Assembly: GCA_035940195.1 (NCBI GenBank)
Contig: DASZFC010000044.1
Coordinates: 3,267 to 67,266, forward strand
From: Solirubrobacteraceae bacterium
Lineage (GTDB): Bacteria; Actinomycetota; Thermoleophilia; Solirubrobacterales; Solirubrobacteraceae
Length of the DNA stretch: 64,000 nucleotides
Direction: 5' to 3'
Part shown: positions 28,142-38,415 of the stretch, one piece after another
Layout of the letters: each line of letters begins with the position of its first letter
How positions within the stretch are numbered: the first letter of the stretch is position 1
Position numbers and translations under genes: made by a program
Notes under the pieces: model-generated
The model's database searches: none
The model's input: only the letters and a program-made list of their open reading frames with translations
What the model was told of the DNA's origin: nothing

Positions 28142-29215
28142 CTATTTCGCCGGGAACAGTTCGAATTCGTTGAGGCTCACGTGGGCCGGCGCTGGGGTGC
28201 CGGCCGATGCAGCCGGAGCCTTGCTGATCCACAGTGTCACGAAGCGAAACGCTTTCGTGGAGTCGCGCAGCTTGATGTGCGTGCTGCGCTTCTTCGTGAC
28301 CACATATGAGCTCAGCTGAACCCAAGCCGGGTCGGTGATCGATGTGGGCAAGGTATGGCCGTTGGCGCCGTATACCTGCACGCTCATCCCGGGGGTGGAG
28401 GTGATGAGCCCAACCGCGGACAATCGCCTTGCCGTCTTCAGGTCGATCACGAGCCCCTCCGCCATCTTCGGGGCCACGGCCGGGTTGACCCGCGCGGTCC
28501 ATGCCGTCGAGGTTTCGCCGTCGATTGCCAGGCTGGGATCGCCGAATTCGCTCGCCGGGTAGCCGTAGGGGTTGTAGGTGGTGGCCGCGTTGGTGTCGGG
28601 CTGGATCGCGGCGGGTGTCTTTTCGGTGCTCGTGCCGCCGCTGGATTCCGGTTCAGGCGCGGTGGTCGTGGGAGAGGATTTCGGTGCCGGCGTCGTGAGC
28701 GGGATTTTCGGGGGTTTGGCCGAGCCTGTGAACAGCGGGTTCGCAGAGGGTGTCGCGGGCGTTTTCGCCGCGGGCGGGAGCGCTCCCGGTGTCGCCGGCG
28801 TAGGTGTGGGTGTGACCGTTCCCGGCGTCGCGGGGACGGGAGGAGTCGCCGGGGCGGGGGCCTGCGCGACCGCGACGGTCACCGGGCGGGGCTTATGGGG
28901 GCCTTCCTTGGTGAGCGCCGCATAGGCCGCGGCGCCGGCGCCGAGTACGAGGATCCCCGTGACGGCGAGAATCGTCGCAGCAGAGCGCCAGCCGGGGGCG
29001 TCCGCATCGAGGCTGCCGGGCGCACCAGCGCCACACTGCAGGCACCAATCCTGGGCACCGGCCATCGGTGCTGAGCAGTTTGCGCACCTCGGCTGCGGTG
29101 CGGAGGGCGCGGAGGAGAACCCGGGCGCAGAGGAGGGCGGTGGGGCACCCGGAGTCTCGGTGGACGGCTGCTCGGAGCTCGCAACAGCCGGCGGATCGGC
29201 GAGCAATGTGTTCAC
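28142..29215 (-). CDS. Zn-ribbon + TM + Pro/Thr linker + discoidin-like (F5/8-type) domain protein
   Basis: CANC..WCLQC, one TM, AIDGETSTAW..LVIDL..FRFVTLWI. Confidence 0.78.
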   Translation of the reverse strand: MNTLLADPPAVASSEQPSTETPGAPPPSSAPGFSSAPSAPQPRCANCSAPMAGAQDWCLQCGAGAPGSLDADAPGWRSAATILAVTGILVLGAGAAAYAALTKEGPHKPRPVTVAVAQAPAPATPPVPATPGTVTPTPTPATPGALPPAAKTPATPSANPLFTGSAKPPKIPLTTPAPKSSPTTTAPEPESSGGTSTEKTPAAIQPDTNAATTYNPYGYPASEFGDPSLAIDGETSTAWTARVNPAVAPKMAEGLVIDLKTARRLSAVGLITSTPGMSVQVYGANGHTLPTSITDPAWVQLSSYVVTKKRSTHIKLRDSTKAFRFVTLWISKAPAASAGTPAPAHVSLNEFELFPAK

Positions 29216-29243
29216 GGGCGTCTAATTCTAGCTCCGGCGCCAG

Positions 29244-30251
29244 CTACCTTGGCGCAGGTGGCCCGCCGGGGGCGATCTCACGGCCGGTTGGAGTGAATTG
29301 GCCCGCGCCCGCCCCGTCGAGCTCCATCTGCCAGTAGTAGCGGGCGAAGGTGATTCCCGCACGCATCTGCCCGACGTGGGGCTCGATGAGCTCACCGCGC
29401 GCCATGCGCACGATGAGCTCCGGATAGGTCTGTCCGGGCAGTGCCCCATACATATGTGAGGGATAGCCACCGCCGAAGCGAACGTTGACGTCGGTCACGC
29501 GCAAACCCAGCTCCGGGTCGCGGAAGGCCTGCACCATGCAGGGCCCGCGCGCACCCACCCCCTCCGCGACGGCGCGTCCGAGCTCGATCAGCTGGGCGTC
29601 GGCGATCACCGTGCCCTTGACCGACTCTCCCCCACGCGACTCGATCATGCTGCGCGGGATCGCGTTCAGGCAACGCCCGTCCAGGTCGCATAGGCAGTCG
29701 ATCGAGAACTCCGGCCCGTTCATGGCGCGCTGCAGGATGACCGGCTCGGATACGTAACCGGTGAAGAAGCGTGCCTGCTCGAGGTCTTTGGCCAGGAAGA
29801 CCGAGCGCGAATTGGAGCCCCGGCGGGGCTTGACGACGACCGGATAGTGCTCCGGCTGGGAGCCTGAGAGCACGGTCGGCGGCGATGGCAAACCGAGGCG
29901 CTCGAGCAGCAGGTGGGTCTCGTACTTGTCGAATGTCGCCGCCGCCATCTCGGGATCCGGTACCAGCGCCGGCAGCAATCCATCGGCTCTGGCTCTGGCC
30001 AGCACCTCGATGTCGGGATCGATCAATGGGATCACCGCGCCAGCGTTGTGCTGCTCGCAGAGGCGGATCAACTCGGGTACGTATCCGGGGTCGTCCAGGC
30101 TGGGCACCAGCGCGCGCACCTGGGCTGCGTACTGGGCCGGCGCCAGCGGCGAGGTCTCGGTCGCGATCACCTTGGTGTGCTGGGCGAAGGAGGCGACGAT
30201 GTCATACCGCCGCCCAACGCCGGTGATCATGATCGCGGGGTTCTCGCTCAC
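29244..30251 (-). CDS. ATP-grasp domain protein
   Basis: ITGVGRR, DKYET, VVVKPRRGSNS, EFSIDCL, DVNVRFGGG. Confidence 0.88.
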   Translation of the reverse strand: MSENPAIMITGVGRRYDIVASFAQHTKVIATETSPLAPAQYAAQVRALVPSLDDPGYVPELIRLCEQHNAGAVIPLIDPDIEVLARARADGLLPALVPDPEMAAATFDKYETHLLLERLGLPSPPTVLSGSQPEHYPVVVKPRRGSNSRSVFLAKDLEQARFFTGYVSEPVILQRAMNGPEFSIDCLCDLDGRCLNAIPRSMIESRGGESVKGTVIADAQLIELGRAVAEGVGARGPCMVQAFRDPELGLRVTDVNVRFGGGYPSHMYGALPGQTYPELIVRMARGELIEPHVGQMRAGITFARYYWQMELDGAGAGQFTPTGREIAPGGPPAPR

Positions 30252-30841
30252 GACCCGTCCCGCTCGCCGGTATCCCAGCCGCCGCTCTGGCCCTTGTAGA
30301 GCCCGCCGCCGTGCAGGACGATCGCGACGGTGCGCGCCAGGATCTTCAAGTCCAGCGCGAGCGAGCGATGCTCGACGTAGAACAGGTCGAGCTCGATCCG
30401 CTCTGGCCACGGCAACGAGGTGCGGCCGTTGACCTGCGCCCAGCCGGTGATGCCCGGCTTGACCAGCAGGCGCCCGCGCTGGCGAGCGGTGTACTGCTCG
30501 ACCTGCCCGGGCAACGTGGGCCGCGGCCCGATCAGCGACATCTCGCCGCGCAGGACGTTGAGCAGGTTCGGCAGCTCGTCGAGCGATGTCCTGCGCAGCC
30601 ACGCGCCCACACGCGTGATGCGCGCATCGTTCTCGTTGACCGCCAGCCCCGCCCCAATGTGCTCGGCACCGTCCACCATCGTGCGCAGCTTCAGCACGTC
30701 AAACGGCCGCCCGTCGCGCCCCGCGCGCCGCTGCCGGTAGATCGGATGCCCAGCCGACTCCAAGCGGATCGCGATCACCGCCACGGCGAGCAGCGGCGAG
30801 GTGAGCAGAAGGACTGCTGCAGAGACAAGGATGTCAACCAC
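30248..30841 (-). CDS. Bacterial sugar transferase (PglC-like phosphoglycosyl transferase)
   Basis: KLRTM, RITRVGAWLRRTSLDELP, GEMSLIGPRP, KPGITGWAQVNGR. Start uncertain (GTG 30841). Confidence 0.92.
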   Translation of the reverse strand: MVDILVSAAVLLLTSPLLAVAVIAIRLESAGHPIYRQRRAGRDGRPFDVLKLRTMVDGAEHIGAGLAVNENDARITRVGAWLRRTSLDELPNLLNVLRGEMSLIGPRPTLPGQVEQYTARQRGRLLVKPGITGWAQVNGRTSLPWPERIELDLFYVEHRSLALDLKILARTVAIVLHGGGLYKGQSGGWDTGERDGS

Positions 30842-30849
30842 GCGACGAA

Positions 30850-32010
30850 TTACCGAGTCCCCTCCGCCACATCCCACGATGCCTCCGTGCCGTGGCGCAG
30901 CCAATCCCACAACCCCAGCGCGGGTGAAGCGGTCGTCAGGACGTAGTAGCGGGCCAGCAGCAGCGGGCGGGTCCGCACCACGCCCCCCACGCCCGCGGCG
31001 ACCAGCAGCGCCCATTGCAGCATCAGCGTGACCGTGTAGAGCGTGCCCGCGCCGTCGAGCACGAGCAGCAGGTTTGCGACCAGCGCGATGGCGTGCAAGG
31101 CCGGGGTGGCGTAGCGGAGGATGCGATGGGAGAGGATCATCAAGCCATAGCCGAGGCCGTAGCCGCGGGGGGAAAGCATGCCACCACGCAGGACGATCGG
31201 CCAGGTGTGGCTCATCATCCGCCGCTTGCGCGCGAACTCCCCCTCGATCGAAGGCACCATCTTCTCGGCGGCGCGTGCGGCCGGAACGTACACGGCGCGC
31301 CAGCCGCGCTTGACCATGTTGAAGGGGAACGACAGGTCGTGGCCCATGATCGGGTCGACCTCGATGTAGGCCTCGCGCCGGGTCGCGTAGATCGCGCCGT
31401 TGCCGGCGGTGATCGACCCTAGCCGCGACTCCAGTGAGCGCACGGCCAGCTCGTAACGCCAATACAGACCCTCCTGGTTGGTGGCGTTCTCGCCCCGGGG
31501 TGGGTGGGGATTCTGAAAAAAGCGGACCTCGCCGCAGGCGTAGCCAACACCGGGATCGGCAAATGCGCTGACCAAGGCACGCAGGGCGTCGGGCTCCCAC
31601 AGGGCATTGGCATCCGAGAAGGCAACGATCTCGCCACCGGCGCTCCGCACCGCGGCGTCCTGGGCGCGGATCTTACCGCCGCGAGAGAGCTCCAGCACGG
31701 CGACGGCGCCGGCCTCACGCGCACGTTGCGCGGTCGCGTCAGTGCAGCCGTCACAGGCGACGATCAACTCGACCAGCTCACGTGGATAGTCGAGTGCGAG
31801 TGCATTGCTGACCTTGGTAGCGATCACCTCTTGCTCATCGTGCGCCGCGACGATCAAGGACACGCTCGGCTGCGCGCCGGCATCCACCGGCGATGACTTA
31901 CGAGCACCCAACAGGGCCGCCAGCGCTGCCAGCGCCAGCGCGTAGCCGAGCTGGGTCCACACGATCAGTGCGATGGACAGCCAGAAGAAGACCTCGAGGA
32001 CCGCGTTCAT
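30850..32010 (-). CDS. GT2 glycosyltransferase (membrane)
   Basis: VSLIVAAHDE, DGCTD, FSDAN, C-terminal TM helices. Confidence 0.92.
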   Translation of the reverse strand: MNAVLEVFFWLSIALIVWTQLGYALALAALAALLGARKSSPVDAGAQPSVSLIVAAHDEQEVIATKVSNALALDYPRELVELIVACDGCTDATAQRAREAGAVAVLELSRGGKIRAQDAAVRSAGGEIVAFSDANALWEPDALRALVSAFADPGVGYACGEVRFFQNPHPPRGENATNQEGLYWRYELAVRSLESRLGSITAGNGAIYATRREAYIEVDPIMGHDLSFPFNMVKRGWRAVYVPAARAAEKMVPSIEGEFARKRRMMSHTWPIVLRGGMLSPRGYGLGYGLMILSHRILRYATPALHAIALVANLLLVLDGAGTLYTVTLMLQWALLVAAGVGGVVRTRPLLLARYYVLTTASPALGLWDWLRHGTEASWDVAEGTR

Positions 32011-33122
32011 CGCCGAGGATTCTCATCCAAGAGCGAGCCGTAGAGCTCGAGGTGCCGCCGGGCCACGTTCTCCCACGAGTACTCACCTTTTGAGGCCATC
32101 CCTGCGCGCAGCGACATCTCCGCGCGCGCGGCCGGGTCGCCAAGCAGCTCGCGTAGGGCCTTGCCAAGGGCGCCGGCGTCACCGGTGGGGAACGTGCGTG
32201 CGGCGCCGCTCCCGGCAATCTCGGGGAACCCCCCGGCGTCGCTCAGCAGCAGCGGCTTGCCGAAGGCCAGCGCCGTGAAAAGCACGCCCGACTGGTCGAT
32301 CTCGCGATAGGGCAACACGACCAGGTCGGCGCGCTGGAAGTACGCGGGCAACTCATCATCTCCAATGAAGCGTGGCACGAAGCGGACGTTCGGCGGGGCC
32401 GCGGCGCGCAGGGCGGAGATGTCCATCCTCGGCATCCCGGCGATCCACAACTCCGCGTTCTCGATTCCCTTCCACGCCTCCACCAGTACGTCGATCCCCT
32501 TGTACGGGCGCATCAGCCCGAAGCACAACACCACCGGCTTCTCGCTCGCAAACGGTGGCGCCCGGCGTGGGCCCGCCGCGAGATGCGTAAACGCGCCGTG
32601 GGGAATCACGTGGACCCGCACCGGGTCGATCCCTAACTCGCCTGTCAGCCTGCGGCGGCCATGCTCGGTGTGCACGACGATCGCATCGAAGCGCTCGTAT
32701 AGGCGCCGCTGGGCCGGCAGCTGGCCTCTGCGGGGCTCACGTGGCATCACGTCGTGGGCTGTGAGAACGAGTCTTGGACCCGACCCACCCCGGCCGCGCG
32801 GCAGCAGGTGACCGTCGAGGTGCTGGACCGTCAGCCACTGAAAGTGCGCGACGTCCGCCGTCCGCGCGGCCCTGCGGTAGCGGAGCATGCCGGGGACGTG
32901 CGCGGCCAGCTTGGTCACGGTCCGCAGGCGCGAGCGCGGCGCGCCGCGGGCAGCTCGGTAGAAGAACTCCCGCCGTTCGTATCCGTCCGTCAGCGCCACA
33001 GGACCGTAGGCAAAGCGGCTCGTGAACAGCTCGACCTCCGCCCCTGCCGCCCCCAGCGCGCGACATAGCGCATGGTCGTACGGAGGCGTATAAGCGGAGG
33101 GATCGACGACGTGGACGCGCAT
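32007..33122 (-). CDS. GT4 glycosyltransferase
   Basis: FGLMRPYKG, ADLVVLPYREIDQSGVLFTALAFGKP. Confidence 0.93.
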   Translation of the reverse strand: MRVHVVDPSAYTPPYDHALCRALGAAGAEVELFTSRFAYGPVALTDGYERREFFYRAARGAPRSRLRTVTKLAAHVPGMLRYRRAARTADVAHFQWLTVQHLDGHLLPRGRGGSGPRLVLTAHDVMPREPRRGQLPAQRRLYERFDAIVVHTEHGRRRLTGELGIDPVRVHVIPHGAFTHLAAGPRRAPPFASEKPVVLCFGLMRPYKGIDVLVEAWKGIENAELWIAGMPRMDISALRAAAPPNVRFVPRFIGDDELPAYFQRADLVVLPYREIDQSGVLFTALAFGKPLLLSDAGGFPEIAGSGAARTFPTGDAGALGKALRELLGDPAARAEMSLRAGMASKGEYSWENVARRHLELYGSLLDENPRR

Positions 33123-33141
33123 CGCAGGAGACAATAGGCGC

Positions 33142-34086
33142 GTGTCCGGTGTCGAGCTGAGCTACTGCGTGGTCAACACCTCCCAGCGCGAGCTGCTCCT
33201 GCGAGGGTTGGATGCGATCGCGCGCGATCGCGATCGGCTGCCGTTCGCCTGCGAGGTACTTGTCCTCGACAACGGCTCACGCGATGGCTCAGCCGAGGCT
33301 GCGCGGATCCATCCCGCCGTGGATGAGGTGATCGCGCTCGAGCACAGACGCGGCAAGGGCGCCAACGACACCGAGCTGCTGCAGCGGGCACGCGGACGCT
33401 TTGCGCTGCTGCTCAACGAGGATTCCGAGCTGCATCCGGGAGCGAGCCTGGCGTTGCACCGGGCGCTCGACGAGCGCCCGGACGCCGCCTGTGCCGGCGC
33501 GCGCCTATTGCGTCCCGATGGTCGCGAGCAAGCCTCAGCGTGGCGCTTTCCCACGCCGCTTACGGCCTTGGCCGGCGCTTTTTTTCTGCACCGCCGGCTG
33601 GTCGTGCAGAGCACCGGCGAGCAAACCCGCGAGGTCGACTGGTGTCAGTCCGCAGCGCTGCTCGTGCGCAGCGAGGCGGCTGTCGCGGTCGGCTATCTGG
33701 ATCCCGCCTTCTTCGTCTACTCCGACGAGGTCGACTTCGCCCGGCGCCTGCGCGACGCCGGCTGGCGCAGCCTGTGGGTGCCGGCGGCCGTGGCGGTGCA
33801 CCACGAGCAGCTCTCGACCGATCTGATCCCCGAGCGCAGGATCATCGAAATGGCGCGCAACCGCGATCTGTACATGCACAAGCACCACGGCGCAGCCGCG
33901 GCGCTGGCGGTGCGGTTGTTGACGGCGTGGGCCTATGCGCTGCGTGCACTGGCGGCGCTAGCGCTACCGGGACACGCGGGCGGGCGGGATTCGAATCGCT
34001 ACTGGCGCCACGTCACGGCTACGCTGCGACCGGGCCGGGGAGAGGGACTGCGCGAGGCGGCGGCGGAGTACAACCGCGGCGCGTGA
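33142..34086 (+). CDS. GT2 glycosyltransferase (WbbL-like)
   Basis: VLDNGSRDGS, LLLNED, FFVYSDEVDF. Confidence 0.92.
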   Translation: MSGVELSYCVVNTSQRELLLRGLDAIARDRDRLPFACEVLVLDNGSRDGSAEAARIHPAVDEVIALEHRRGKGANDTELLQRARGRFALLLNEDSELHPGASLALHRALDERPDAACAGARLLRPDGREQASAWRFPTPLTALAGAFFLHRRLVVQSTGEQTREVDWCQSAALLVRSEAAVAVGYLDPAFFVYSDEVDFARRLRDAGWRSLWVPAAVAVHHEQLSTDLIPERRIIEMARNRDLYMHKHHGAAAALAVRLLTAWAYALRALAALALPGHAGGRDSNRYWRHVTATLRPGRGEGLREAAAEYNRGA

Positions 34087-35269
34087 GCGCTAGCTCCTCC
34101 AGCAGCACCTCCACGACAGCCCCGTCGAGTTGGGAGCCAGCGACGCTCCGCAGCTCGGCGAGCGCCTCTGCGACGCTGAGCGCTTTGCGGTAGGGACGGT
34201 CTGTGACCATCGCCTCGTAGGTGTCACAGGCGGCGATGATGCGCGCCGCGAGCGGGATCTCCTCACCGGCTAGTCCATCGGGGTAGCCGGTGCCATCCCA
34301 GCGCTCGTGGCTGGCGCGCACGGCAGGAGCGAGGTGGGCGAAGGCATCGATGCGTGCCACGAGCTCACCGCCAACGGCCGCGTGGGTCTTCATCGTGATC
34401 CACTCGGCGTCATTCAGCGGTCCCGCCTTGAGCAGGATCTCGCTGGGCACCGCGACCTTGCCGACGTCGTGAAGTAGCGCCGCGTAACGCACGTCGCGGG
34501 CGCGCGAGCCCGGCGCTCCGAGGCGCACGGCGACCCGCTCAGCGAGCTCTGCGACCTCCTGCTCGTGGGAGGCCGTGTACTCGTCCTTCGCCTCGACGGT
34601 GCTCATCAGCGCGGTCAGGGTGGTCGTGAAGGTGCGCTCCAGATCGGCGACGAGTCCCGCCCGGTGCACGGCCGCACCGAGGCTCGCAGCGATTGTCTCG
34701 ACGAGCACCGCGTCGGCCTGGGTGAAGGCGTTCGCCTCGTCCGCCTCGATGTTCAGCACACCCCAGACGGCCTCGTCCACGATGATCGGCACACTCAACT
34801 CCGAGCGCGGGTCCGTCTGCGGGTCACGCACGATGTAGTCGCTGTCCATCCGGGTGTCCACGACCAGCGCCGTCGCTCCCGTGCGCGCTACGCGCCCGTT
34901 GACTCCTTGCTGAACCGGCTGCTCGACGAGCAGGAACTCGGTCATCACCTCGGCCAGCGCACCGCTGCCAGCGACCAGGCGCAGCAAGCCGTCGTCGTCC
35001 AGGCGTTGGATCGCAGCGAGATAGAAGGCGAACGTGCCGTGGAGCTCCTCGACAACCAGCTTGGCCATCGCATCGATCTCGTGCGTTGCCGCCAGCCGCG
35101 CCGTGAGGCTCGCCGCTACCTTTAGCTGTGCGCGCAGGTAGGCGAGCTCGCCCGCCGAGGCCATGCTCTGGGCACGTGCGTCAGCGCGATGCCTGCGCAG
35201 AGCCTCTGCCCGGCGGCGGCGCTCACGGGCGCCTGCAGGGCGCGGTGAAGTAACGGATAGCTCCGGCAT
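34019..35269 (-). CDS. GAF + HD-GYP phosphodiesterase
   Basis: GAF (SELSVPI..GVLNIE), LLHDVGK, HERWDGTGYPDGL. Start uncertain. Confidence 0.92.
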   Translation of the reverse strand: MPELSVTSPRPAGARERRRRAEALRRHRADARAQSMASAGELAYLRAQLKVAASLTARLAATHEIDAMAKLVVEELHGTFAFYLAAIQRLDDDGLLRLVAGSGALAEVMTEFLLVEQPVQQGVNGRVARTGATALVVDTRMDSDYIVRDPQTDPRSELSVPIIVDEAVWGVLNIEADEANAFTQADAVLVETIAASLGAAVHRAGLVADLERTFTTTLTALMSTVEAKDEYTASHEQEVAELAERVAVRLGAPGSRARDVRYAALLHDVGKVAVPSEILLKAGPLNDAEWITMKTHAAVGGELVARIDAFAHLAPAVRASHERWDGTGYPDGLAGEEIPLAARIIAACDTYEAMVTDRPYRKALSVAEALAELRSVAGSQLDGAVVEVLLEELALTRRGCTPPPPRAVPLPGPVAA

Positions 35270-35360
35270 CCGGCGATCGGCATCGGCCTATCCGCTCCAC
35301 GCCTTGAGGTCCGGGGGCCTCATTCGACAGCTCGACGGCAGCGAGCGTGGCGGACGGCTC

Positions 35361-36890
35361 TCAGAGATCGCGGAGCGGGTCCTCCGCGTATGCCTGGACC
35401 TCGCCCCCGCGGGCGCGGAAAGAGACCACGCGGCGCCGGGCCTCTTTCAGGAGAGCGCGCGCCTGCCGAAACTCTTCGGGCGCGAAGAAGCGGGTGCTGA
35501 GGAGCAGCACCGGGGCCAGCGCCAGCCAGGCGACGCGCAGCAGGAGGCCCACCAGCCCGTGGGTGGGCAGCAGCAGCTCGCCCGATACCGCCACACCCGC
35601 GAAGATCGCCGTCAGCTGGGCCAGCCGCCGCCACTGAAAGCCGACTGCAAAAAGTGAGCGTGTGAGCATGTAGAGCACGATCAGCATCACCAGGTAGGCG
35701 CCGCACAGGGCGATGCCAGCGCCGGCTATTCCCAGTCCCGCTCCACTGCCCGGGACCAGCACCAGCAGCAGCACGACGTTGGCCGCCAGGCCAAGTGCGG
35801 TGGCTGGGAAGTTCCGTGTCATCACGCCCGCTCGGCCGGCGATCACCATCAGCACCGGGTAGAGCCCATACAGCGCCCAGCCGAGCGCCAGCCACGGCAG
35901 CGCTTTGTAAGCAGCGAAGAACTCCGGGGCCGCCAGCAGCCGCACCACCCAGCGTCCGAGCAGCGCCACACCACAGACGACCACGCCGGTGGCGAGCGCG
36001 TAGTAGGTGGTGACGAGCGAGTACAGCCGTCCTGCCTGCTCGTCTGACTCGATCGAATATGCCAGTGGGGGCCACGCGTACTGGAAGCCGCGCACCGCCA
36101 CGAACACGACGGTGGCGAGCTTGATCGCCACCGCGTACAGCCCTGCCGCGTGATGGGAGTAGCCGCGGAAGATGTAGAAACGGTCGGCGAACTGCAGCGC
36201 GTACACGCTCGCATCCGCCGGCACAGTCGGCAGCCCGAAGCGCAACATCGCCCCGAGGTCAGCACGGCGCACGCGTAGCGAGAAGCGCTCGCGCAGCAGG
36301 AACCACAGCCCGAGCACGACCAGCGCAGAGGCTCCGAAGTTGCCGAGCAACAGCCCGCGTGCGCCCTGGCCCGCGAACACCACCAGCACCACGGTGAAGG
36401 CGACCGTCATCGCCACGTTCGCGCCCGAGGCGTAGATATACGTGCGCGTGCGTTCGTCCACGCGCAACTGCGCGTAGGCCATCTCCAGGTTCGTAAACGC
36501 CCATAGCCCGAGGACCGCGCAGTCCAGCAGCAGGGGGTCCCTGAAGCCCAACAGCAGCTTCGAGCACTCACCCGCGAACACCAGCGCCACCACCGCGGCC
36601 ACGGTCGTGGTCCATGCCACCGTGGCCGTAGCCGTGCGCGCGATCCGCTCGCGCCTGGCCTCATCAGTGTCGTTGAAGTAGAAGCGGATGAACGCCTCGC
36701 CCACACCGGCGCGAAGCAGAATGCTCGACAGGATTACCGTGGTCAGCAGCGTTTCGGCCGCGCCGTAGGCCGCCGTGCCCAGATGGCGCGTGTACAGCGG
36801 CAGCGTGATCAGCGCCAGGGCCTTCGCGAGGATGTCCCCGAACTGATACGCCGCGCCGGTGCTGACGAGGCGCTTCAGATAGTCACGCAC
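35361..36890 (-). CDS. Polysaccharide flippase (Wzx/MOP family)
   Basis: TLPLYTRHL..YG, about 14 hydrophobic segments, ADRFYI..GLYAVAIK. Confidence 0.88.
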   Translation of the reverse strand: MRDYLKRLVSTGAAYQFGDILAKALALITLPLYTRHLGTAAYGAAETLLTTVILSSILLRAGVGEAFIRFYFNDTDEARRERIARTATATVAWTTTVAAVVALVFAGECSKLLLGFRDPLLLDCAVLGLWAFTNLEMAYAQLRVDERTRTYIYASGANVAMTVAFTVVLVVFAGQGARGLLLGNFGASALVVLGLWFLLRERFSLRVRRADLGAMLRFGLPTVPADASVYALQFADRFYIFRGYSHHAAGLYAVAIKLATVVFVAVRGFQYAWPPLAYSIESDEQAGRLYSLVTTYYALATGVVVCGVALLGRWVVRLLAAPEFFAAYKALPWLALGWALYGLYPVLMVIAGRAGVMTRNFPATALGLAANVVLLLVLVPGSGAGLGIAGAGIALCGAYLVMLIVLYMLTRSLFAVGFQWRRLAQLTAIFAGVAVSGELLLPTHGLVGLLLRVAWLALAPVLLLSTRFFAPEEFRQARALLKEARRRVVSFRARGGEVQAYAEDPLRDL

Positions 36891-36900
36891 GGCTCAGACG

Positions 36901-38415
36901 CTACTGGTGGCGAGGGGCTGCCCGCGGGGCGCCGGCTCGGCCGGCGGCTCCTCCGCCCCACGTCGCGCCCGACGGCTCTGGTGCCGCCGTCCCCACTCCG
37001 GCCCGCGGCGCCGCCGCGGAGGCCGCGGACGCGTCCCCACCGCCGCCCCGCGCGGGCGCCTTCCAGGCCCCGCCCGTACGCGCAAGGGCGACGCCGATCG
37101 CCAGCAGTGCCCACGTAAACGGGTCCTCGAGGAAGTCCGCGTAGGTCCAGGTGTGCAGGACCAGCGCCGCGAAGCAGGCCACCAGGGCGATCCGGGGCGG
37201 AGAACGCCCGGCGCCTCTGAACAGCACCAGGAAGGCGAGCACGAGCAGCGCCAGGTAGACGGCGAGGCCGGGCAGGCCCTGCTCGGCGGCCACCGTGACC
37301 GGGATCGTGTGGGAGGCAGAGGTCGCGTTCTGCTCGGTCGCCTGGCTGGCCTTGCTGTGGCGCTTGTACTCAGTTTCAAACGAGCCCGCGCCGAATCCCT
37401 CGAGCGGTCGCTGCGCGAACAGTTCGAGGCCCCCTTCGATCAGGCTCGTGCGGCCGTTCGAGGCGTTCTCGGCCGAGCCGCCTTTGCCTTTCAGGCCGAA
37501 GTGCAGCGAGCTGGGGGCGAGCACCAGCACCGCTACGCCGAGTACCAGCACCGCCGCCGAGGCGTAAACCGTCCGGCGCAGATCCCATCGCCAGGCAGCG
37601 AGCACCGCCAGCCCCAGCAGCAGCGCGGCGATGCTCGACTGCGAGAAGCTCGTCACCAGCCCCGCCAAAAGCCAAGCCAGCACGAGCGCCCCAGCCTGCG
37701 CCTCGCGGCGTCCTCCCCACAGCACGGCGATGGTGACGGCGATCATCACCAGGATCAGGAAGCGGCCGTAGATGCTGGGGTCGAAGAACACCGAGTTGAC
37801 CCGGAAGTAGTTGTCGTACTGGTTGGCGGCGACCAGCTTCGGGTTCAGGAACAGGCTCTTGCGCGCGTACTCCACGAACCCGACTCCCGCCAGCACGATC
37901 GCGATCGCCACCAGCAGGCCTAGGCAGCGCAGCAGCAAGCGGCTCGTCCAGGGCACGTCGCGCAGCAGCACGAACAGCAGCCCGAAGGGCACGTAGAAGA
38001 ACGCCACGTTCTCGGCCGCCTTGGCGCGGTCGGGGGAGTAGGAGATCTGCAGCACGTAGAGCACGACCGCCCCCAGCAGCACCCACTGCAGCCAGCGGAT
38101 CGCCAGGTCCGCCCCATCGCGCGCGGCTACGCTCCGGGCGGCGGGATCGCCGCCGCGACCGCGGAGGATCGCAAGCAGGCGAACGACGATGCCCGCGGCG
38201 ACGACCACGTACAGGGGTATCAGCAGGTTGACGGTCCGCCCGTCGGCGGAGATCGGCAGACGGAAGGGCAGCGCGGCGGTCACGAGCAGCGGCAGCGCTT
38301 CGGGCCGGCGATGGATCAGCATGGCGAGCAGCACGATGGCGAGCAGCCCCGCCACGGCCAGCGGCACGAGCGTGCCGGCCGAGGGCAGACCGGTAGCGAT
38401 GAGCACCGGGGTCAT
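36901..38415 (-). CDS. O-antigen ligase/polymerase-family membrane protein
   Basis: RVNSVFFDP, SFSQS, PLEGFGAGSF, SHTIPVTVAAEQGLPG. Confidence 0.85.
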   Translation of the reverse strand: MTPVLIATGLPSAGTLVPLAVAGLLAIVLLAMLIHRRPEALPLLVTAALPFRLPISADGRTVNLLIPLYVVVAAGIVVRLLAILRGRGGDPAARSVAARDGADLAIRWLQWVLLGAVVLYVLQISYSPDRAKAAENVAFFYVPFGLLFVLLRDVPWTSRLLLRCLGLLVAIAIVLAGVGFVEYARKSLFLNPKLVAANQYDNYFRVNSVFFDPSIYGRFLILVMIAVTIAVLWGGRREAQAGALVLAWLLAGLVTSFSQSSIAALLLGLAVLAAWRWDLRRTVYASAAVLVLGVAVLVLAPSSLHFGLKGKGGSAENASNGRTSLIEGGLELFAQRPLEGFGAGSFETEYKRHSKASQATEQNATSASHTIPVTVAAEQGLPGLAVYLALLVLAFLVLFRGAGRSPPRIALVACFAALVLHTWTYADFLEDPFTWALLAIGVALARTGGAWKAPARGGGGDASAASAAAPRAGVGTAAPEPSGATWGGGAAGRAGAPRAAPRHQ

